A stretch of DNA of 61,032 nt, counting the filler. It is 3 parts of 3 records of this genome, joined end to end, with 100 filler letters (N's around TTAATTAATTAA, not from the genome) between each part and the next. Parts side by side here need not be neighbours in the genome. Positions count along the whole stretch, not along the records: positions 35,977 to 61,032 come from DRR723986_9799; 2 more parts are not named here. One strand, written 5' to 3'. Shown in pieces: positions 51,382 to 61,032 of the stretch (the first letter of the stretch is position 1; every line of letters starts with the position of its first letter). Under the pieces are notes generated by a model, which was not told the DNA's origin, did no database searches, and worked only from the letters and a program-made list of their open reading frames with translations. Made by a program: the position numbers and the translations under genes.

Positions 51382-54300
51382 ATGCAACAATGCGCCCGCT
51401 CGTTCCTGCTTCTTGCCCTGCTTTTATCATGGGGCTTTCAAGAACTGCACGCCCAGCAGAATGAATTTAAAATCCTTAGAGTCGATGACTCCAATTGGCC
51501 AACAATGCGCGCCGAATACATCCTTACGGATGTTGAAGGTAATTCGATTCGCGATGTAGCCACCGATGAGTTCACGATCCTGGAAGATGGTCAGGCCGTC
51601 ACTATTACCTCACGTGTCTGTCCGCCGGATCCGGCGCCGACACCACTGGATGTGGTTTTGGTCAATGACCGCAGTTCTTCTATGTGGGACACCTTCAACA
51701 ATTCGGATGAATTACGCATTCAATTGCTCAAGCGTGGAGCGCAGGCCTTTATCAACCGGATGGAACCTTCGCTCTCGAACGGCTCCGGCCAGGTTGCGAT
51801 GACGGGGTTTGCGATTGAGACCATTCTCTTGCAGGATTTTACAAGTGATGCACTGGCGCTGCGCACAGCGATTAACAACCTGGACCCAATTGCTATCGGG
51901 ACTCGCGGCACGAGTTATACCTCAGCATTTGGCGATTCGTTTAATGGTGCGATTGAGTTGCTTAAAAACCGACCAGTAAATCGCGGTAATCCACCTCAAG
52001 AAGTCCAGCGTTACATTGTTTTGCTGACCGATGGTGCCTGCGTGGATGACTCACGTGATCCTTGTTTTGAGCCCTGGCCCTATGGGGATTCAATTCGCAC
52101 ACATGACATTAACTTGATCTCGATCGCGATGGGTTTCACAATGGGAGACTCCCTGCGCAGTTTGACAGAGTCGGTTGATGGTACGATCTATGAGCAAATC
52201 ACGGAGCAGGATGAAATTGAAGCAATGTATGCTCAGATTGCTGAGACAATTCAGGGAAGACTGCCTTGCTCAATTACCTGGGAGTCACGCGTTGGTTGTG
52301 AAGACGTAACCCGCGATGTACTTGTGACCTACACTCCGGACGGAAAGACCGAAAACTTTAAGTACCGTCCTGACCCTGCCAAGGCGGTTGCTACGTATGA
52401 AGTAACGCCGACGGTCTTGTCATTTGGCAACCCTGAACCCAATTCTCCCGTGACGCGCACATTTAAGCTCACGATTGGCGAAAACCCACTTGGCCGTTAT
52501 ACGATTTCGAACATTTTGATTTCAGACCCACCGCTGGTCAATAACAACATTGTAATCACGGGAATCAGTGTCAACGGTGGTGAGACAGAATCGCTGCAGG
52601 ACTTCCTGGACCGCGGTGGTGAACTCGCTCCCGGTACTGAAGTTGTAATAACTGTGACATTTACTCAGGATGATGAGCGCAACTTTATTGTCCGCAATCT
52701 CATTTTTGAAAGTGAGCCCTGTGATATCGACCAGATTACGATGTGGGGCGGTGGTGCGCGCACTGGTACTCCAATTGTTCAGGTTGAAGCAAATCCAGTT
52801 AATTCACGCTGCAAAGTTATGACGATCCGCTGGTTTACAACTCCGCTCGAAAGACGTATGCGGCTACTGTATAAAGCAGCTGGTGCAACGGAATGGATTG
52901 AGATTACCAATGATGCTACCGGCGGAACCTACGACTGGACTATCCCACCTGAACTAGCGCCAGGTGTTCCCTACGAACTTCGTGCGGAAGCCAATGGTGA
53001 ATTTGCCGATTGGGACTGGGTTCTGGACGAAGGCGCCGCTGCTAAAGATGAGGTAAATGCCGTTACGACCAATGGAGAAGGTGGTGTTTTTGCCGTCGGA
53101 TCCTTTGTTGGTGAAGTCGAATTTGGCGTTGATCCGGACACGGATCTCCCGGCTGAAAGTGTCGGGCATTTTGTGGCGGCCTATGAGGCCGATGGAACGC
53201 TCATACGTGCGGCTGCTAGCAGGGCAAACGTCCAAGGAACTGGTGTGCGCAGCCTGGATGCGGTTGATGTCGCAGCCACCGCTCAAGGCATTTATGTCAT
53301 TGGCAACAATATCGGAGATACTCGCAATGTCAGACCAGACGGTGTTGACGAAGATCAAACCATACGTTTCCTGCCCAATGGAAACCTTGGTAACCCCAAT
53401 AACGCGGCGGTTCGCGGTCCACACGCAAACCCAGATTTGGACTTCCTTGGTGGCCCCTTTATTGATGTAGACGTTCGTGTAGGTGGCTCGAATGCCTTTG
53501 TATTGGGAAATATGACTTTCAGCAATAATCGGGGTGTGAAATTGCCCGGATTCTATGTTGAAAAATACGACCAGGATCTGAATGCTCTCTGGCGCGTTGA
53601 GCGGGATGTCAGTGCATCTACGGGTGTTGATGTGCCGGGTGCTCAGGCAAGTGCCATGGGAGTGGGGGTCGATGAAAGTGTTGTTGTTGTTGGGCTGGTT
53701 ACCGAGGCAAGCACTGCTTTTGGCCCTGTGACTTTGCCCCGCGGCCCATTTGTCGCCAAATATGACAGAAATGCAGATTTTGTGTGGGCGATTCCACTGC
53801 AAGCCGGTGAGAATGTTTTGCCTGCCGATGTTGCCGTGAACCGCGACGGTGACATTTTTGTGGTGGGGACCTACGACGGCAACCCAGTCTTTGGTGGCCG
53901 CACACTTAACTCGATTGGTTTCACGGATGTTTTTGTCACGCGTTTAAGTGGTGATAATGGTGCGATCCAATGGGCGGCGCGCGCATATAGCCAGCGCAAC
54001 TCAAGTGAAAATGACGATGCGATTGGTGTTGATGTAGATCTTAATGGCGATTGTTACATCACGGGTGCATTCCGCGGCCGTGAAATGTTTTTGGAAGACG
54101 CCAATGGTACGGTTGCTTTTGAACTCTCAAACTATGCGGGCGTAAACTCGGGTTCTGCGCAAGTCTTCGTTGCGCGTTATGCACTCGACGGCAGTGTCGT
54201 TTGGGCCAACGGTGGTGGTGGTGACCGGGATGATATTCCCGCTGGTATTTCAGTGGATGAAGGTGGTGGAATTGCACTTACAGGTAATTTCGCCATAGAT

Positions 54301-56535
54301 GTTGTTGGTGCAGGTGTTGGCCGTCCTACTTTTGGTAGTACTGTGCTGGAACATCGCAATGGCGGTGACATGTTCATTGCCAAGTTGCTTTCCTATCAAT
54401 CTAACTCCAATGAGTTTCAATCCTTTGAAATTGCCGCTCCAGTACCTGACTTGCTTCCGGCTGCGCCGGTTGATTTTGGTGAAGTTCCCATTGGCCGATC
54501 CGTTCAGCAGTTTCCTCAGTTGATTAATGCAGGGAACTGGCCAATGAAAATTGATAGCTGGACGATTGGTGGGGTTAATCCTGGGGATTTCGAAGTTGCA
54601 AATATTCCTGAATCAACCGACGATGAAGTAGATCCCTTTGATCCGGCTGATCCTAAGGATGTCGTCGGCCTTGAAATTACTTTTACACCAGGTGCCCAGG
54701 AGCCGCGCAGCGCTTTGTTGCTGGTGACGGCAGATTGTGGTGATGAGAAGAGTTTCTTGTTGCAAGGCGTTGGTGTTAATCCTTGTACTGAGAGAGCCAC
54801 GACTAAAGTTCCACAAGATCCTGCGGCGACAACTGATGTCGGTAATACTGCACAACTGACGATTACCGATGCGATTTGCAATCAGACGGACGAAGACTTC
54901 CCCCTGCGTATCACTCTGACCGGAATTGATGATCGCTATTTTGAGATAACATCGCCAAATCCAACGACCTTGGCTGCAAACACATGTTATACGCTGGAGA
55001 TTGATTTCTCGCCATTATTCGGTGGCCCAACAGAGATTGTTCAAATCGTATACGAACTCGGTTCCTGTGCTTATGAGCAGCCTCTACGCGCCGTTGGTGC
55101 AATTGAGGATGCCAGCATTCTGGCGGATGAATTCCAGATTGGACCGATTATCTGTGCAGACGATCAGCCGGTTACGCAGACTTTGACAATTACAAATGTT
55201 GGCAGCAGTGAATTGATTCTGGATGACCCGCAGATTCCAGTGGGTGATCATGGGTTCAGTGTTGACCCCTCCGAGACATTCCCAATCAATGTTCCTGGCG
55301 GTGAGTCGGTTGAGATAACGATCATCTTTGATCCGGCCGAACTTGGACCAAAGTCCACGACAATTACATTTGGCGGGAATGCGGCTAATGCATCCGATCC
55401 CATTCCACTCAACGGTGCCAAAGAGGACATTACCTGGAGTTTCAGTCCAAACCCGGTTGACTTTGGCAATCTCAGTGAAGTTGAGTTTGATGGTATTAGC
55501 AATGTAATTGACCTGGTAATCACGAATACTGGCTCGATTCCTGCGGACCTGAATGGTGCAACAGTGGCTCCACCGTTTGAGATCGTCGGTAATATCCCGC
55601 TCGGAACAAACCTGGCTCCAGGTGAGTCGCTCACGGTGCAAGTTCGATTTGTGCGTCCGGATGACGAGGGCGCAAATTCAGCCGAACTGACATTGGTCTA
55701 CGAGCCTGAGTGTGACCCTGCTATGGTGACTGTCAGTGGCTCTCGTGGTGAAGCAACAGTTGATTTGGATATTCCAAATCTGGATGGCGACGTGCGCGAT
55801 CGCGAATTCCGCATTCCAATCACCATGACTCCGGAAGACTCCTATGCCTTGCTGTCGGCAAACGCTGCGGCGCGTGCATTTGAAATGACTTTCCGCGTAG
55901 ATGCGCGTTTGCTTCTGGCAAATGATAATGATCTGGCGGCTAGTGATTGTATCAATTGCACATCCGTAACGAGCCTGGTTCCCGGTGTTCCGCCGGAAAC
56001 TGTTCAGGAATGGCGCCATATTACGGTCACGGGAACTGCTCCAGCGTGGAGCGAAGGTGAAGGGGCCGTAAACCTCTTAACCATTGGCGGGATTGTGATG
56101 CTCGGCAATGCTGAAAGTACGCCGATTGAACTGGTCTCGTACACATGGCCGGGTGTTAGTGTCAACAATCAAGAAGCCGGTAGCCTTACTCTTGCAGGTG
56201 TCTGTGAAGAAGGCGGCGTGCGATTGTTGCAACGTGCGGCAAACGGATTTGGGATTAAGAGCGTGTCGCCGAATCCCGCAAACGGGCAGGTGCAGCTTGA
56301 TGTAGCTACAGTCGAAGTAGGCCTGCACATACTTGAGGTCTATGATGTCTCAGGGAATGTAGTCTACAGCCGCCAGTGGCAGGAGCCGGCGCGATATAAT
56401 GAGGCCGGCCACATGTACTCCGGTAGTGAGCTGCAGGCTGTGATTGACGCTGGTGAGTTACCTTCGGGTATTTATCAGGTCGTGCTACGCACGCCAACCG
56501 ATCTTGCACATGCATCCATGGTCATTTCACACTAA
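51382..56535 (+). CDS. Large secreted multidomain protein: VWA + beta-propeller + Ig-like (choice-of-anchor D-like) repeats + T9SS sorting domain
   Basis: Signal peptide; MIDAS DRSSS and LLTDG; FVAKYD/DVFVTRL propeller repeats; VDFG...ITNTG Ig repeats; C-terminal VSPNPA...LPSGIY. Confidence 0.85.
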   Translation: MQQCARSFLLLALLLSWGFQELHAQQNEFKILRVDDSNWPTMRAEYILTDVEGNSIRDVATDEFTILEDGQAVTITSRVCPPDPAPTPLDVVLVNDRSSSMWDTFNNSDELRIQLLKRGAQAFINRMEPSLSNGSGQVAMTGFAIETILLQDFTSDALALRTAINNLDPIAIGTRGTSYTSAFGDSFNGAIELLKNRPVNRGNPPQEVQRYIVLLTDGACVDDSRDPCFEPWPYGDSIRTHDINLISIAMGFTMGDSLRSLTESVDGTIYEQITEQDEIEAMYAQIAETIQGRLPCSITWESRVGCEDVTRDVLVTYTPDGKTENFKYRPDPAKAVATYEVTPTVLSFGNPEPNSPVTRTFKLTIGENPLGRYTISNILISDPPLVNNNIVITGISVNGGETESLQDFLDRGGELAPGTEVVITVTFTQDDERNFIVRNLIFESEPCDIDQITMWGGGARTGTPIVQVEANPVNSRCKVMTIRWFTTPLERRMRLLYKAAGATEWIEITNDATGGTYDWTIPPELAPGVPYELRAEANGEFADWDWVLDEGAAAKDEVNAVTTNGEGGVFAVGSFVGEVEFGVDPDTDLPAESVGHFVAAYEADGTLIRAAASRANVQGTGVRSLDAVDVAATAQGIYVIGNNIGDTRNVRPDGVDEDQTIRFLPNGNLGNPNNAAVRGPHANPDLDFLGGPFIDVDVRVGGSNAFVLGNMTFSNNRGVKLPGFYVEKYDQDLNALWRVERDVSASTGVDVPGAQASAMGVGVDESVVVVGLVTEASTAFGPVTLPRGPFVAKYDRNADFVWAIPLQAGENVLPADVAVNRDGDIFVVGTYDGNPVFGGRTLNSIGFTDVFVTRLSGDNGAIQWAARAYSQRNSSENDDAIGVDVDLNGDCYITGAFRGREMFLEDANGTVAFELSNYAGVNSGSAQVFVARYALDGSVVWANGGGGDRDDIPAGISVDEGGGIALTGNFAIDVVGAGVGRPTFGSTVLEHRNGGDMFIAKLLSYQSNSNEFQSFEIAAPVPDLLPAAPVDFGEVPIGRSVQQFPQLINAGNWPMKIDSWTIGGVNPGDFEVANIPESTDDEVDPFDPADPKDVVGLEITFTPGAQEPRSALLLVTADCGDEKSFLLQGVGVNPCTERATTKVPQDPAATTDVGNTAQLTITDAICNQTDEDFPLRITLTGIDDRYFEITSPNPTTLAANTCYTLEIDFSPLFGGPTEIVQIVYELGSCAYEQPLRAVGAIEDASILADEFQIGPIICADDQPVTQTLTITNVGSSELILDDPQIPVGDHGFSVDPSETFPINVPGGESVEITIIFDPAELGPKSTTITFGGNAANASDPIPLNGAKEDITWSFSPNPVDFGNLSEVEFDGISNVIDLVITNTGSIPADLNGATVAPPFEIVGNIPLGTNLAPGESLTVQVRFVRPDDEGANSAELTLVYEPECDPAMVTVSGSRGEATVDLDIPNLDGDVRDREFRIPITMTPEDSYALLSANAAARAFEMTFRVDARLLLANDNDLAASDCINCTSVTSLVPGVPPETVQEWRHITVTGTAPAWSEGEGAVNLLTIGGIVMLGNAESTPIELVSYTWPGVSVNNQEAGSLTLAGVCEEGGVRLLQRAANGFGIKSVSPNPANGQVQLDVATVEVGLHILEVYDVSGNVVYSRQWQEPARYNEAGHMYSGSELQAVIDAGELPSGIYQVVLRTPTDLAHASMVISH

Positions 56536-56587
56536 TTCAGTGTGATTTGGCTCGGGGTTGACGCCCTTGTTTATGGTGATGAAATTG

Positions 56588-56627
56588 AACGGGTGAGTGC
56601 AAATTTTGTGCTCACCCGTTTTTTTTT
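56588..56627 (+). terminator. Intrinsic terminator
   Basis: AACGGGTGAG / CTCACCCGTT stem plus T tract. Confidence 0.85.
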
Positions 56628-57025
56628 GAAATTTTTTTGAATCCAGTAGCGTTACATCCGCGTAACTCGTCGCATTCCATCTGCCATGGCCTGCGCTTGC
56701 AAGTGCGCCGCGTGTGCCAAATTGTACCATTTTCGACTGTTGTTCCTGTTGACAGCAATGTGAGGATAGATTATCCGACTAATACCTTACCATCTTTTTG
56801 CGGACCCTGACAGCAAGTTATTTGAAATTGCCCACTTTGAGTTTGCCACTTTAGTGGGCTCTTGAAAATCAGTCAGGCCCTGGTATGGGAACATCGCCGG
56901 ACGTCTTGTGGTTGAATGCTCAACTGCCTGGCAAACAAGGCCGTCGCTGTTTGCTGTTATCATCCAGGCACAATAGATAAGAACAAAAGAAGCATTAAAG
57001 TAGATTAGTTGTAAGGAGAGTAGGT

Positions 57026-58516
57026 ATGAAGGGAAAACCATTTGCCACTGCCGTGGCATTGATTGGCGTAGGGTTGGTTATGGGAGTACTGCTGGTATCA
57101 CAATTTGCCGGCGGTAGTACTACGGGTGTTGTTCAGGCCAAAGCCACACATGTAAGTGACCTGGGAGCCGCTGCGCCCCCAGTCCAGGTTACCTCGCAGG
57201 CTGAAGCGCTAAATAATGCTTTTGTGGCGGTGAGTGATGCAGTTGCTCCACAGGTGGTAAGCATTGCTGTGATGAGTGAAGAAGAGCAGCAAGGTTGGTT
57301 CGGTGGCTCTGCCCCACGCGAAGCCGGTGGCTCCGGGGTTATCATTTCCAATGACGGGTACATCGTTACAAATCAGCACGTCGTTGACGGCGCAGCTGAG
57401 GATGGCATTCGCGTGATTGGTTTTGATCGCCAGGAATACACTGCCGAATTGATTGGAGCTGATGAATTGACAGACGTCGCAGTCCTCAAAATTGAAGGTG
57501 CGAACTTTGAATATTCCTTTTTCGGCAATAGTGATGATGTAAATGTTGGCCAGTGGGTCGTAGCTGTCGGTAATCCACTTGGATTGCGCTCTACTATCAC
57601 AGCCGGAATTGTAAGTGCGATTGGCCGCGGACGGCTGGGGCTCAATAACGACTCCTATGCCGTTGAAAACTTCATTCAAACCGATGCAGCTATTAATCCA
57701 GGTAACAGCGGCGGTGGTCTTTTTGACTTGCGCGGCCGACTGATTGGAATTAACACTGCGATCGCGTCGCGTACCGGCTATTACTCGGGTTATGGGTTCG
57801 CGATTCCGGCAAACCTGGTGCGCTCGGTTGTAAATGACCTGATCGAAGACGGTGAAGTCAACCGCGGTTATATTGGTGTCAGCATCAAATCGATTGACGC
57901 AGCAGACGCCAAAGCCCTTGGGCTTGACAAGGTCAATGGAGTGCTGGTGCAGTCGGTGATGCCCAATAGCGCCGGCAAAGAGGCCGGAATGCGTCAGGGT
58001 GATGTGATTCTTGAAGTCGATGGTCGTGAGGTGCTCTCCTCACAAGACCTGCAAAGCATCGTTGCAACACATCGTGCCGGAGACCGCGTCAAACTTAGTG
58101 TCTGGCGTGATAACAAGGTCGTCACTAAAACCGTGCGTTTGAAGCCCCGCGATGGATCGACGGTAGCTGAAGCTCTGCCGGGTGAACCGCCGGCTGATGA
58201 AATGCAGTCGGAGCCAATCGAATTTGAAGATCTTGGCTTTACGGTTGAGCCTTTAACAGATGAGCTTGCCAGCCAGCTGGACGTTGATTTTGGAGTAGTT
58301 GTTACGCAGGTGGATCCTCGCAGCACTGTCGCCCGCAACCGCAAAGTTACACGCGGTGATGTGATTGTGAAGGCCGACTGGAAAGATATCAAATCTCCCA
58401 AAGCATTGGCTGCAATCATTGAGGGCAAGAAGCCGGGAAGCGCTGTACTGCTGCAGCTCTCAAATCAGGGCGCGACGCGCATTGAAGGCGTTGAAATTCC
58501 GGAAACGAATCCCTGA
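57026..58516 (+). CDS. htrA: HtrA/DegP (Do family) serine protease with two PDZ domains
   Basis: GSGVII, TNQHVV, DVAVLK, IQTDAAINPGNSGG. Confidence 0.95.
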   Translation: MKGKPFATAVALIGVGLVMGVLLVSQFAGGSTTGVVQAKATHVSDLGAAAPPVQVTSQAEALNNAFVAVSDAVAPQVVSIAVMSEEEQQGWFGGSAPREAGGSGVIISNDGYIVTNQHVVDGAAEDGIRVIGFDRQEYTAELIGADELTDVAVLKIEGANFEYSFFGNSDDVNVGQWVVAVGNPLGLRSTITAGIVSAIGRGRLGLNNDSYAVENFIQTDAAINPGNSGGGLFDLRGRLIGINTAIASRTGYYSGYGFAIPANLVRSVVNDLIEDGEVNRGYIGVSIKSIDAADAKALGLDKVNGVLVQSVMPNSAGKEAGMRQGDVILEVDGREVLSSQDLQSIVATHRAGDRVKLSVWRDNKVVTKTVRLKPRDGSTVAEALPGEPPADEMQSEPIEFEDLGFTVEPLTDELASQLDVDFGVVVTQVDPRSTVARNRKVTRGDVIVKADWKDIKSPKALAAIIEGKKPGSAVLLQLSNQGATRIEGVEIPETNP

Positions 58517-58558
58517 TTCTACAGCTGAGTTTTAGAATAGCGTTCCGCGGAAATATCA

Positions 58559-58593
58559 AAGACCGGTCTGTTTAGGCCGGTCTTCTTTGTTTT
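58559..58593 (+). terminator. Intrinsic terminator
   Basis: AAGACCGG / CCGGTCTT stem plus T-rich tail. Confidence 0.75.
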
Positions 58594-58694
58594 AAAGCAT
58601 TCGCAATGCTGGAGGCTCAGGTATAGCAAAAGGTCTGCTGGATGCCTGTGAATTCACCGAGCGGTTGTGCCGGGGGCTCTGCCTGTAGCGGCAG

Positions 58695-59339
58695 TCACAT
58701 AAACAGGAAGGGCTTCCATTGTTCTTTGACGCTGCCTTCGATGTGTTGGATGAACATCACATGGCTCGGTTTTCGTGGCGCCTGGTGCAAGGTTAGGCCG
58801 GCCTCTTCCGGTGTGCGGTTACCTTTGCGGTTATTGCAACGTACACAGGCGCAAACCAAATTTTCCCAGGTGTCCTGCCCGCCGCGTGAACGCGGGTAGA
58901 CGTGGTCCAGGGTCAGCGGCGGAGTTGTAGAGCCACAATAAGTACAGCGATGCCCGTCACGCCGCAAAATGTTCTTGCGCGACAGTTCAATTTTGATGTA
59001 GGGAAGTCGGATATATGCGTGCAGCCGGATGACGCTAGGAAATGGCCAGGCACTCGAAACAGAGCGAATCTTGCGGTCGTGGTCTTCGACAACAATTTCG
59101 GCTTTGCTCAAGAAGATGAGTATGATCGCCTTCTGAACCCCGCAGACACTGATGGGTTCGTAGCTTTGGTTGAGGACAAGAACCCGTTCTGAAAGCGGTT
59201 TTGGAGTTGGCGGTGCGGCGAGTTCAGACCGCTGCTTTTGTTGCTTGGTCGATTTTTTTTGACGTGATGCCTTTGGGAAGAGAGACCTCCGTTCTGAAAG
59301 CTGCCCGATGCTGCTTTTGTCAATATTACGGTGGATCAT
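58695..59339 (-). CDS. HNH endonuclease (McrA-like; start uncertain)
   Basis: VLVLNQSYEP, PSVIRL, RDGHRCTYCG, TLDHVYPRSRGG, WENLVCACVRCNNRKG. Confidence 0.9.
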   Translation of the reverse strand: MIHRNIDKSSIGQLSERRSLFPKASRQKKSTKQQKQRSELAAPPTPKPLSERVLVLNQSYEPISVCGVQKAIILIFLSKAEIVVEDHDRKIRSVSSAWPFPSVIRLHAYIRLPYIKIELSRKNILRRDGHRCTYCGSTTPPLTLDHVYPRSRGGQDTWENLVCACVRCNNRKGNRTPEEAGLTLHQAPRKPSHVMFIQHIEGSVKEQWKPFLFM

Positions 59340-59479
59340 GCAGTGTGCAAGCCCAGATATTCGATGCAGAAACTACAGAAATAGAAAGAATAAAACAATT
59401 CATAAATAGCCTCAATTTTGACGCCACTGCAAACGTCAATAACTTGCATTGTTGTGAGCGAAACACGAGGAATCTACGC

Positions 59480-60628
59480 ATGCGAAAAGCAGCCTGGTTG
59501 ACACTTGAAAATGGCATCGTCTTTGAAGGACGCGCATTTGGCGCCACTGACAAAGATGGCGGTGGAGAAGTGGTTTTTAACACTGCGATGAGCGGCTATC
59601 AGGAGGTATTGACGGACCCCAGTTACCGTGGGCAAATTGTCACCTTTACCTGCCCGCACATTGGCAATGTAGGCGTGAATCACTTTGACGAAGAGTCGTC
59701 GCAGGTGCAGGTTGCTGGAATTGTTGTACGTGAGTGTGCGCAGGCGCATTCAAACTGGCGTTCTGAGCAGAGCCTGGACGAATATTTGAGGCAGCACGGC
59801 GTGATTGGAATCGAGGGGATCGATACCAGGCGGCTGACACGCATCCTGCGCAGCGAAGGCGCAATGCGTGGTGTGATTACCACGCGTCAGGAAAGTCATG
59901 CGGCGATGCAGAAGCGCGCGCAGCAGGTTCGCGATATGAACGGGCTGGATTTGACGGGTGAAGTTACGACAGACAAGCCTTACACGTTTGTAATGAACGC
60001 TGATGAGCCCTTGCTCTGTGAACTTCCCGAAATTGCGGACCAGGCACCATTTAAGGTCGCTGCATTTGATTTCGGCATTAAACGCAATATTCTGCGCCGA
60101 CTGACTCTGATAGGTTGTGAAGTCCGCGTGTTTCCCGCAACCACAACAGCCGAAGAAATTTTAGCCTGGGAGCCAGATGGGGTCTTCCTGTCTAATGGTC
60201 CCGGGGATCCTGCAGCTGTGACCTATGCATTTCCGGTTGTGCGCCGCCTGGCTGATGAATTGCCCATGTTCGGGATCTGTCTTGGGCATCAGCTGATTGC
60301 ACTGGCATTCGGTGCCAGTACGTACAAGTTGAAGTTCGGCCATCGCGGAGTTAATCACCCTGTGCAACAGCAAAGCGGTGGTGCAGTAGAGATAACTTCA
60401 CAGAATCATGGCTTTAGCGTTGAGCAGGCGACTATTCCGGCTGAAATGGAGCTGACACATCTAAATATCAATGATAATACGGTTGCTGGACTACGCCATA
60501 AAGAGCTGGATTTGATGTGTGTGCAATATCACCCGGAAGCGGCACCTGGCACACATGACTCTGATTATTTATTTGCACGCTTTCACCAGGCTATGTCAGC
60601 GCGTCGAGCCGCCGCGACAGTAGTCTGA
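59480..60628 (+). CDS. carA: Carbamoyl-phosphate synthase small subunit
   Basis: GEVVFNT, TDPSY, LSNGPGDP, GICLGHQ, QYHPEA; ATG 59480. Confidence 0.97.
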   Translation: MRKAAWLTLENGIVFEGRAFGATDKDGGGEVVFNTAMSGYQEVLTDPSYRGQIVTFTCPHIGNVGVNHFDEESSQVQVAGIVVRECAQAHSNWRSEQSLDEYLRQHGVIGIEGIDTRRLTRILRSEGAMRGVITTRQESHAAMQKRAQQVRDMNGLDLTGEVTTDKPYTFVMNADEPLLCELPEIADQAPFKVAAFDFGIKRNILRRLTLIGCEVRVFPATTTAEEILAWEPDGVFLSNGPGDPAAVTYAFPVVRRLADELPMFGICLGHQLIALAFGASTYKLKFGHRGVNHPVQQQSGGAVEITSQNHGFSVEQATIPAEMELTHLNINDNTVAGLRHKELDLMCVQYHPEAAPGTHDSDYLFARFHQAMSARRAAATVV

Positions 60629-60729
60629 CACTGGTCTCGCGCCGATTGTGAGGAACTTGTAAAGGAGTTGTGCCCCGGCATTCAAAAATGTCGGGATAAG
60701 GAATTTTTCTCGAAAATGATGATTTATGA

Positions 60730-60759
60730 TTGACAAACGAGATTAATTGCCTATATTTG
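60730..60759 (+). promoter_or_regulatory. Promoter of the tRNA cluster
   Basis: TTGACA (60730) and TATATTTG (60752), the Bacteroidota-type TAnnTTTG element. Confidence 0.7.
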
Positions 60760-60785
60760 CAAGCTATCCCCTGACGCGAATGTAA

Positions 60786-60867
60786 GGGCAGGTACCGAAG
60801 TGGTTAAACGGGGCAGACTGTAAATCTGCTGGCTACGCCTTCGGAGGTTCGAATCCTTCCCTGCCCA
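60786..60867 (+). tRNA. tRNA-Tyr (GTA)
   Basis: GGGCAGG acceptor, anticodon arm GCAGA-CTGTAAA-TCTGC, long variable arm, T loop TTCGAAT. Confidence 0.97.
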
Positions 60868-60873
60868 CGATCT

Positions 60874-60946
60874 GCGGGAGTAACTCAATTGGTAGAGTCA
60901 CAGCCTTCCAAGCTGTTGGTTGCGAGTTCGAGCCTCGTCTCCCGCT
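60874..60946 (+). tRNA. tRNA-Gly (TCC)
   Basis: GCGGGAG acceptor, anticodon arm CAGC-CTTCCAA-GCTG, T loop TTCGAGC. Confidence 0.97.
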
Positions 60947-60986
60947 CTTGACGCGGTGCGGCTTAATTGCTTCACCGCTTTTTTAG

Positions 60987-61032
60987 GCTGGTGTAGCTCA
61001 GCGGTAGAGCACTTCCTTGGTAAGGAAGAGGT
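60987..61032 (+). tRNA. tRNA-Thr (GGT), truncated by window end
   Basis: GCTGGTG acceptor, D arm, anticodon arm CTTCC-TTGGTAA-GGAAG. Confidence 0.92.

Noticed and set aside
56820-56960. Inverted repeat GCCCACT/AGTGGGC and CTTGTGGTTGAA upstream of htrA as CIRCE or raiA-motif RNA
   Set aside because: It does not fit TTAGCACTC-N9-GAGTGCTAA, and the raiA-like match stops after ~12 nt.
58695-59339. HNH gene as a homing endonuclease or defence system
   Set aside because: It looks like the widespread stand-alone HNH family; no intron, methyltransferase or mobile-element context.
34361-60628. carB and carA in one window as a split operon
   Set aside because: They lie on different contigs from different phyla.

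Overview
The window is not one locus. It is three unrelated contigs joined by two identical 100-nt artificial spacers (44 N + TTAATTAATTAA + 44 N, at 26004-26103 and 35877-35976). Contig A (1-26003) looks gammaproteobacterial. It opens with an integron cassette array: a probable attI at 1-62, three intact attC sites, then about four progressively eroded cassettes to ~5300, with a stand-alone KAP-family P-loop NTPase cassette as candidate anti-phage gene. Then come phoD, a higBA pair whose toxin looks damaged, accessory hydrolases and lipoproteins, a convergent two-component pair, and holA-lptE-leuS (truncated). Contig B (26104-35876) is high-GC and Rhodobacteraceae-like: a tRNA-Arg 3' half, GT2 and FkbM genes, modE-modABC, an M20 amidohydrolase, tdk, a phage-CII-like gene and truncated carB. 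Contig C (35977-61032) is Bacteroidota/Chlorobiota-group-like (T9SS cargo genes, TAnnTTTG promoters). It holds three T9SS-sorted proteins, two tandem paralogous ~500-aa proteins with a putative winged-helix plus helical-repeat architecture, fbp, usp, dnaK with a consensus sigma-54 promoter and phased TG(A/C)CA repeats, a degenerate PyrE-like protein, htrA, an HNH nuclease, carA and tRNA Tyr-Gly-Thr. The best candidates for undescribed biology are the tandem wHTH-helical paralogues among T9SS cargo genes, the integron-borne KAP NTPase and orphan cassettes, the sigma-54/phased-repeat control region of dnaK, and a ModE box encoded in the last codons of modE. All family calls come from motif recognition by eye; no database search was run.
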